Shown in pieces: positions 57,606 to 64,000 of a stretch of 64,000 bases of DNA. Location: positions 160,001 through 224,000 of the forward strand of contig CAWCXJ010000013.1 in assembly GCA_963799485.1 (NCBI GenBank), in the 5' to 3' direction. The notes under the pieces are model-generated. The model did no database searches and was not told the DNA's origin. It saw nothing but the letters and a program-made list of their open reading frames with translations. Each line of letters begins with the position of its first letter. Position 1 is the first letter of the stretch. The translations under genes were made by a program, and so were the position numbers. The stretch comes from an uncultured Trueperaceae bacterium. Its GTDB lineage: Bacteria; Deinococcota; Deinococci; Deinococcales; Trueperaceae.

Positions 57606-58874
57606 ATGAAACGTATCGGTTTACTGGTGGCGTGCTTTCTTGTAGGTTCGTCAGGTGCGGCCCAAGAAGTGACCTTTTGGTCTGCGCCCAACCCGAGCCA
57701 AACGCAGTTTTGGGAAGAGATGGCGCAGGCATATAAAGAGGTCAAGCCGGACGTAACGGTAACCGTTACGCCGATTCCCGAAACGCCGTCGTCCGAAGCG
57801 GCGATTTTGGCCTCGCTCGCCGGGGGCAACAGCCCGACGGTTGCCGAAAACATCTTTATCGGCTTCGGCGCACAGCTCTATAACGCTGAAGCTATCGTAC
57901 CGCTCAATACGCTGCCCGGTTGGGACGCGCTGCTCGCCGCGCGCAATATGACCACAGCGGTTCAGACCTGGGCGTTTCCCGACGAGAACTACTACATCTT
58001 GCCGATCTACACCAACGCCATGCTCTTCGGCTGGCGCAGCGACATCTTGCAAACGGCTGGTATTGAGTCGCCGCCGACCTCTTACAGCGGTATTCTAGAC
58101 GCCTGCGCGACGCTTAAAGAGGCCGACCCGAACAAGTTCTTGCTGGCTCGCGCCGACCTCGTAACGAACGTCTGGTGGCAGCGCTGGTTCGACTTTTTTA
58201 CCCTTTACGACGCGGCCTCGGGCGGCAAACCGTTTATCACCGGCACTGAAATCACCGCCGACGACGCGGCTGCCGTTGCCGTCTTCGACTTTTACCAAAA
58301 ACTCAACGAGGCCGGGTGCGTTTTAACGCGCGAGGTGCAAACACCTTTTGAAGTCGGCAACAGCGTCTGGAGTGAGCTGGGGCCGTGGACGTTCTCGAGC
58401 TGGCGCGAAACCTTTCCCGACCTGAGTTTAGGTGAAGAGTTTGTGCTGACGAATCCACCTGTTCCCGATGGTGCCGCCGAGGGGCCGGTTTACACCTTCG
58501 CCGACGCCAAAGGCTTGGTGCTGTTTGCCGGAGCCCCGGAAGACGCCCGCACCGCCGCTTGGGAATTCGTCAAGTGGGTGTTTTCCGACCCCGAACACGA
58601 CCTCACCTGGTTTCAAACGACCAATCTGCCGCCGACCAGGGACGACCTCGGCAGCAACGAGGTCTTTACGAGCTTTCTAGACGAGAACCCGGCGCTAGTT
58701 CAGTACGCCGAGGCCATTCCCTACGCCGTGCCACCGATCGTCAACCAAAACTATTCCGACATTCAGACCGCGCTTTCAGAAGCCGGACTGATTCCCGCCG
58801 TGCAGGGCGACAAAACCCCTGAACAGGCGTGGGAGGACGCGAAAGCTGCGATGCAAGCCCTTTTGGGTAACTAG
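57606..58874 (+). CDS. Carbohydrate ABC substrate-binding protein
   Basis: Signal peptide, SSEAAIL, WWQRWFDFF, YTFADAKGLV; AAGGAGG RBS. Confidence 0.92.
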   Translation: MKRIGLLVACFLVGSSGAAQEVTFWSAPNPSQTQFWEEMAQAYKEVKPDVTVTVTPIPETPSSEAAILASLAGGNSPTVAENIFIGFGAQLYNAEAIVPLNTLPGWDALLAARNMTTAVQTWAFPDENYYILPIYTNAMLFGWRSDILQTAGIESPPTSYSGILDACATLKEADPNKFLLARADLVTNVWWQRWFDFFTLYDAASGGKPFITGTEITADDAAAVAVFDFYQKLNEAGCVLTREVQTPFEVGNSVWSELGPWTFSSWRETFPDLSLGEEFVLTNPPVPDGAAEGPVYTFADAKGLVLFAGAPEDARTAAWEFVKWVFSDPEHDLTWFQTTNLPPTRDDLGSNEVFTSFLDENPALVQYAEAIPYAVPPIVNQNYSDIQTALSEAGLIPAVQGDKTPEQAWEDAKAAMQALLGN

Positions 58875-58878
58875 TAAG

Positions 58879-59757
58879 GTGCAGCGGTACTTCTCGCGGT
58901 GGGGGTGGCTTCTGGCCTCCCCCTATCTGCTCTTTACCTTCGTTTTTTTCCTGATTCCGCTCTTGTGGGGGGTGTGGCTCTCCGCACAGTCGTGGGATTT
59001 GATCTCGCCGCAAAGCGATTTTGTCGGGTTGCAAAACTTTACCGCTGCGCTGCAAAGTGAACGTGTCCGGGCGGCGGCCTTGACCCCGTTTAAGTTTATG
59101 GCGATCTTTATCCCTGTGACGCTCGCCTCGGCGCTGGTGATTGCCATGGTAATCAACGCGGTCAAACGGTTTCAGGGTGCGCTCGCCATTGCCTTCTTTT
59201 TGCCGTACCTGGCGTCGGGGGTCGCGGCGGCGCTCGTGGTGCGCGGCGTACTCGACTACTTCGGTCCCTTCAGTTCGTTTCTGCGCAATTCTTTTGGTAC
59301 CGACCCCGACTGGCTCGGCAATCCGGTCTTGGCAGTCGTCGTCATCAGCCTGATGATGGCGTGGAAGTTTTCCGGGTACGACGCGCTCATCTTTTTAGCC
59401 GGACTGCAGAGCATCCCCGCCGAACTCTACGAGGCCGCAAATTTAGACGGGGCCAACGGCTGGACGAAGTTCTGGCAGATTACCTTTCCGATGCTCTATC
59501 CGTCTTTGTACACGGTCATCATCTTGTCGGTCGGGGCGATGTTTTCGGTGTTTACCGAGCCTTTTATCCTGACCAACGGCGGGCCGGAGCTGGCGACGCA
59601 GACGTGGACTTTGGAGATTTACTACCAGCTCTTTACCAGCTTGAACGCCGGGTACGCCTCGGCGGTGGCGCTACTTAACGCGCTCAGCGTGTTCGCCGCC
59701 GTGTTTATTGTGCGGCGCGTGATGGAATGGTGGGGGGGACGAAATGGCTGGAGCTAA
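58879..59757 (+). CDS. Carbohydrate ABC permease (MalF-like)
   Basis: FVGLQNF, ELYEAANLDGA. Confidence 0.93.
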   Translation: MQRYFSRWGWLLASPYLLFTFVFFLIPLLWGVWLSAQSWDLISPQSDFVGLQNFTAALQSERVRAAALTPFKFMAIFIPVTLASALVIAMVINAVKRFQGALAIAFFLPYLASGVAAALVVRGVLDYFGPFSSFLRNSFGTDPDWLGNPVLAVVVISLMMAWKFSGYDALIFLAGLQSIPAELYEAANLDGANGWTKFWQITFPMLYPSLYTVIILSVGAMFSVFTEPFILTNGGPELATQTWTLEIYYQLFTSLNAGYASAVALLNALSVFAAVFIVRRVMEWWGGRNGWS

Positions 59758-60574
59758 ACCGAACCCGCTGGTACGCATTCTGGGCGCGCTCGTCCTCATT
59801 ATCGGGGTAACGGCGGCGGTCTCGCCGTTTCTTTACCTCATCGTGCAGTCGCTGGCTCCGTGGGATCAGGTCGATAAACGGGTCATCCCTAGCAACCTCA
59901 CCTTGCGTTCGTACAACTGGCTCTTTTTCGAGGCGGGGGCCAGGGACCCGTGGTTACAGGCGCTTGTCAACAGCTTTATCGTCACCGTAACCAGTGTCTT
60001 GCTGATGGTCGCGTCGGCGGGGCTGGTCGGTTATGCGCTCTCGCTGATTCCGTTCCGGGGCCGAGGCGTGATCAACAACGTCATTTTGTTTCACATGTTT
60101 TTTCCCGCGATCATCCTGCTCGTCCCAACCTTTTTAATCGTCCGCTACGCGGGGCTTTACAACACCTACGCCGGGATGATCATCCCGACGGCGATGAGCG
60201 TGTGGGCGATATTCATGTACACCTCGTTTTTCAAGGGCGTGAGCAGCGAGATGATCGAGGCGGCGCGCATCGACGGCGCGTCGGAGCTGGCGGTGGTGTT
60301 TCGTATTATCGTGCCGGTGTCGTTGCCGATTACAGCGGTGATCACCTTGTTTCTCTTTATGGACCGGTGGGGTCAGCTGCTATGGGATTTGATGGTGGTC
60401 AGCGACCGCTCGAAGATGACGCTTTCGGTGCTTTTGGCGTCGCTGTCGGGGTCGTATGCGCCGTATCCGGGGCCGATCTACGCGGCGAGTACGCTCCTGA
60501 CGTTGCCGGTTTTGATCGTCTTCTGGTTTTTTCGCAAGCAGTTTACGGCGGGGATTTCGTTTGTCTTTAAGTAG
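59744..60574 (+). CDS. Carbohydrate ABC permease (MalG-like)
   Basis: EMIEAARIDGA, 6 TM helices. Confidence 0.93.
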   Translation: MAGAKPNPLVRILGALVLIIGVTAAVSPFLYLIVQSLAPWDQVDKRVIPSNLTLRSYNWLFFEAGARDPWLQALVNSFIVTVTSVLLMVASAGLVGYALSLIPFRGRGVINNVILFHMFFPAIILLVPTFLIVRYAGLYNTYAGMIIPTAMSVWAIFMYTSFFKGVSSEMIEAARIDGASELAVVFRIIVPVSLPITAVITLFLFMDRWGQLLWDLMVVSDRSKMTLSVLLASLSGSYAPYPGPIYAASTLLTLPVLIVFWFFRKQFTAGISFVFK

Positions 60575-61592
60575 TACATCTACGAGAAAACGCGCCGGGA
60601 TTCGTGAAGTGGCGGACGCGGCGGGCGTTGCGATTTCAACGGTCTCGCGGGCGCTCCGGGGCTACCCGGACGTAAACCCCGGCACGCGCGAACGGGTGCG
60701 GGCGGCGGCGCAGAGGCTCGGCTACACGCCCGACGCAGCGGGGCAGGCGCTCAAACTGGGCCGCACCGAGACGGTGGCGGTACTCGTTTCGGGGAGTCAC
60801 GGCCCGACCTTTTTAGACGCGTTTTACGCCGAGGTCGTGGGGGGGCTCGAGGCCCAGCTAAGCGCCAACGACCTGAGCTTGCTCCTCGTGCGCGCCGGTA
60901 GCGGTGAGCAGGGGAGCTTACAGGGACGAAGGTTACGGGGCCGGTGTGACGGGGTTGTCGCCCTCGGGTGCGATTTGCCGGTAGCGTTGTTAAAAGCGCT
61001 TGCTGAGGGAGGTGTGCCGCTGGTGCTGGCAGATTTTGAAGGTGGCTGGGACGGCCCGCGTCCTTACATTCCAAGCGTTACGGTCGCCAACGAAGCGGGC
61101 GGCTACGTGGCGACCCGGCACCTGCTAAAGCGCGGACGCCGCAAAGTTGCCTTTATCGCCGAGACGCCGAGCGATACGAACTTTTTACGGCGGCGTGAGG
61201 GGTACCTTCGCGCACACGAAGAAGCAGGCCAGGAGGTCGCAGCTCAAAGACAACAGTCGGGCAGTTTGGGGCCGGACGGGGGCTATCTGGCCACCCGAAA
61301 ACTGCTCGCGGCAACCCCTTTCGACGCCATCTTTGCCGCCAACGACACGGCAGCGTTCGGTGCGCTGCGGGCGCTTGCCGAGGTCGGCGCGCGCGTACCC
61401 GACGACGTGGCCGTGGTGGGGTTCGACGACGTCGCGCTTGCCCGTTACAGCCACCCGCCGCTGACAACGGTGCGGATTCCGCGCCGCAAGCTCGGTACCG
61501 AGGCGGCGGTGCGGTTGCTGGCAAGGCTCGGGGGTCAATCCGCAAGCTCCCTCGAGTTACCCGTTTCGCTCGTTGTGCGCTCGAGTTCCTAG
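60561..61592 (+). CDS. LacI family transcriptional regulator
   Basis: IREVADAAGVAISTVSRAL, VVGFDD, PPLTTV. Confidence 0.93.
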   Translation: MSLSSTSTRKRAGIREVADAAGVAISTVSRALRGYPDVNPGTRERVRAAAQRLGYTPDAAGQALKLGRTETVAVLVSGSHGPTFLDAFYAEVVGGLEAQLSANDLSLLLVRAGSGEQGSLQGRRLRGRCDGVVALGCDLPVALLKALAEGGVPLVLADFEGGWDGPRPYIPSVTVANEAGGYVATRHLLKRGRRKVAFIAETPSDTNFLRRREGYLRAHEEAGQEVAAQRQQSGSLGPDGGYLATRKLLAATPFDAIFAANDTAAFGALRALAEVGARVPDDVAVVGFDDVALARYSHPPLTTVRIPRRKLGTEAAVRLLARLGGQSASSLELPVSLVVRSSS

Positions 61593-61645
61593 TTTCGTCC
61601 AAATCTGTAAATCCAAGTTTTCGCGCCGGTCCCAAGGAGTTTTTT

Positions 61646-62554
61646 GTGAAGTTTCAACGCCACTACGCCCCCGTTCTCGTTCCCAACCCCGAAAATGCCT
61701 GGGAAGCCGTCAACGTCTTCAACCCGTCGGTCATCGTCTATAACGGTCTCTTTCACATGCACTACCGCGCCCAGGGCTACGACTATGTGTCGCGTATCGG
61801 TTACGCCGTATCGACCGACGGCGTAACCTGGAACCGCCTGCATAGACCCGTCCTCAGCCCAAGCAGCGAGCAGGACGCGCGCGGCGTCGAAGACCCCCGC
61901 GTTACCGAACTCGGCGGGCGCTTCTACATGGCCTACACCGCCTTCGACCGCGACAGCCCCTTTCCCGACGTGGGCGTCGTGCCGCAGGGCATCACCCCGA
62001 TGTACGCCGTGTCGGACAACCTCATCACCTGGGAAAAAATCGGGCCGGTCGTCCGGCACGAAGACAACAAAGACCACGCCCTCTTTCCTGCCAAAATAGA
62101 CGGGCGTTTCGTCACCTTTCACCGCCGCCCGCCGAGTGTCTGGCTGGCCTTTAGCGACGACATGTGCAGCTGGGAAGACCACGTGGAGATTCTCTCGCCG
62201 CGCCCCGGCCTCTGGGACGGCAAACGGGTCGGGGCCGGGGGGCCGCCCATCTTGACCGATGAAGGCTGGCTGATGATTTACCACGGCTACGACGACGCAC
62301 ACGTTTACTCTATGGGCGTCGCGCTCCTTGACAAAGACGACCCCACGAAAGTTCTCAAACGACCCGAGGCGTCGGTGTTGGAGCCCCATACCGCCTGGGA
62401 GCTGCGCGGCGACGTGCCGAACGTCGTGTTCGGGACGGCGAATCCGGTCGTGGACGGCACCGTTTACCTCTACTACGGCGGCGCAGACCGGGTGGTCGGG
62501 CTGGCAAAAGCCAACCTCGAGGCGCTCCTGACCTGGACGCTGAAACACGGCTAG
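61646..62554 (+). CDS. GH130 family beta-mannoside phosphorylase/glycosidase
   Basis: VFNPS, YRA, GVEDPRV, NKDHALFP, HRR, WLMIYHG, GDVPNVVF, YYGGAD. Confidence 0.92.
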   Translation: MKFQRHYAPVLVPNPENAWEAVNVFNPSVIVYNGLFHMHYRAQGYDYVSRIGYAVSTDGVTWNRLHRPVLSPSSEQDARGVEDPRVTELGGRFYMAYTAFDRDSPFPDVGVVPQGITPMYAVSDNLITWEKIGPVVRHEDNKDHALFPAKIDGRFVTFHRRPPSVWLAFSDDMCSWEDHVEILSPRPGLWDGKRVGAGGPPILTDEGWLMIYHGYDDAHVYSMGVALLDKDDPTKVLKRPEASVLEPHTAWELRGDVPNVVFGTANPVVDGTVYLYYGGADRVVGLAKANLEALLTWTLKHG

Positions 62555-62616
62555 CAGTTAGATCGGCTGTCTGACGGCGTGGCCGCTGAGCTGCGCCGCT
62601 CTCAGGGGGAAATGAG

Positions 62617-64000
62617 ATGGTAAAGCGATATTTAGGAACGTTTTTCGTTTTGACGTGGCTGTGCTTTTCGGTTGCCTTTGCAGCTGCGTCACAAACGCCT
62701 ACCAAACCACTGACGAACTTGTCCCACCTCGATTTTCTGACCCAGACCTTTACGCCGCCCGAACAAGCGGGTCACAGCACCTACCGTTTGGCTGAAAACC
62801 CCGAACTGCTGGCCCTCTGGACTTACGCCGAACCACTGGGGAATGGCAGCTACCGCCGCATCGGTGGGGGAGACTACGACGCGGCGACCGACACCTGGAG
62901 TCAGGGCGCGTTTAACGCCGACGACCTGACCCGCGCGGCTATCGTTTATCTGCGGCACTGGCAGCAAACAGGTCGGGCGAGCAGCCGTGCGTCGGCGTAT
63001 GAGCTCCTGCGAACCGTCGCCTATTTGCAGACGCTAACGCCGGGGCCAAACGCGGGTAACGTCGTCTTGTGGCTACAACCGAACGGGACCTTAAATCCGA
63101 GCGCCGAACCCGTCGAACTGCCCGACCCGTCGGATTCCGGCGCGTCATACTGGCTGGCCCGGACGGTGTGGGCGCTGGGTGAAGGGTACGCGGCCTTCGT
63201 AGAGGACGACCCGGAGTTTGCGGCGTTTCTAGAGGCGCGGTTAGAGCTGGCACTAGGAGCCTTGGAGCGTCAAGTCTTGGTCAACTACCCCAAGACCGAA
63301 ACGTTTCATGGATTTGAAAACCCGACCTGGCTCATTAATAGTGGCGCGGACGCTTCAAGTGAAGCCGTTTACGGTCTCGCGGCGTATCTCCGCGCCACTT
63401 CAAACCCCAGGGCCGAACGTGCGCTGCGTCAACTTGCCGACGGTCTGCTGCTCATGACTTCTGCTACCCGAACCGAGTTCCCCTTCGGCGCAACCCTGCC
63501 GTGGACGGGCTCGAGGTCGCTCTGGCACGGTTGGGGCGCGCAGATGGCGGGGGCGCTGGCAATTGCCGGCGACGCGCTGGGTGAACCCGCCCTGATCGAC
63601 GCGGCCCGTCATGAAATGAGTACTTTCGCCCCGCTCCTGCTGGTTCAAGGCGGCGCCGATCAGGGCTGGACGCCGACCCCGGCGGAAACGGTGCAAATCG
63701 CCTACGGTGCCGACGCGCTGCTGCGCAACCTGCTGGTGGTTGCCGACATCACCGGCGAAAGGGTGTTCGAACAGCTCGCGGGCATCGCCGGAGCGTGGTA
63801 CTTCGGGAACAACCGGGCGACTGCGCCGCTGTACGACGTAGCTACGGGGCGCACCTTCGACGGGCTCGAGCAGGACGGACGCATCAACCCCAATTCGGGA
63901 GCCGAAAGTACGATTCACGGGCTTCTGTCGATGCTGGCTTTAGACGCCCACCCGGAGGTAAAAGCGGCAGCTTACGGCGCAACGCGCACGCTACAACAAG
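62617..64000 (+). CDS. Secreted six-hairpin-glycosidase-like hypothetical protein, 3'-truncated by the window edge (absent from the ORF track)
   Basis: Manual translation: signal peptide MVKRYLGTFFVLTWLCFSVAFA, PLTNLSHLDFL, ADDLTRAA, QIAYG, WYFGNN, TFDG, INPNSGAESTIHGLL; start and end segments are in the same frame. Confidence 0.8.
   Translation, partial: MVKRYLGTFFVLTWLCFSVAFAAASQTPTKPLTNLSHLDFLTQTFTPPEQAGHSTYRLAENPELLALWTYAEPLGNGSYRRIGGGDYDAATDTWSQGAFNADDLTRAAIVYLRHWQQTGRASSRASAYELLRTVAYLQTLTPGPNAGNVVLWLQPNGTLNPSAEPVELPDPSDSGASYWLARTVWALGEGYAAFVEDDPEFAAFLEARLELALGALERQVLVNYPKTETFHGFENPTWLINSGADASSEAVYGLAAYLRATSNPRAERALRQLADGLLLMTSATRTEFPFGATLPWTGSRSLWHGWGAQMAGALAIAGDALGEPALIDAARHEMSTFAPLLLVQGGADQGWTPTPAETVQIAYGADALLRNLLVVADITGERVFEQLAGIAGAWYFGNNRATAPLYDVATGRTFDGLEQDGRINPNSGAESTIHGLLSMLALDAHPEVKAAAYGATRTLQQ

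Noticed and set aside
62689..63918. Minus-strand ORFs at the right end
   Set aside because: Shadows of the plus-strand secreted protein starting at 62617

Overview
GC-rich bacterial chromosomal window. Leaderless-type promoters, a SARP/BTAD regulator and CTCGAG richness suggest Deinococcota (Truepera-like); this is inference only. Most of the window is carbohydrate catabolism, in five loci. (1) A Thermotoga-type hexuronate operon (uxaE, uxuB, larA-like/gntE, PRTase, gntK, uxaC) with a LacI regulator and TRAP transporter. (2) A decaying pectin/rhamnogalacturonan-oligomer locus (ABC transporter, several Gfo/Idh/MocA oxidoreductases, four lesioned genes). (3) An Opp-type ABC + MOSC + GH4 + BadF kinase operon. 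(4) A rare-hexose locus (ABC, PfkA, ROK kinase, PfkB, LacD, lyxose isomerase). (5) An ABC + GH130 + secreted six-hairpin-like protein locus running off the right end. Also present: a BTAD-NB-ARC-TPR (STAND) regulator paired with a divergent subtilase lipoprotein, a CinA/nucleotidyltransferase-like orphan, hisC-hisB-hisH followed by a dif-like XerC/D site, tRNA-Val(CAC) and a degenerate IS630. The most unusual observations are the STAND + subtilase cassette with a low-GC sensor end, doubly coupled bridge mini-ORFs inside operons, the dif-like site and strong CTCGAG over-representation. No CRISPR array or rRNA was seen. All calls come from reading motifs by eye; no database searches were run.
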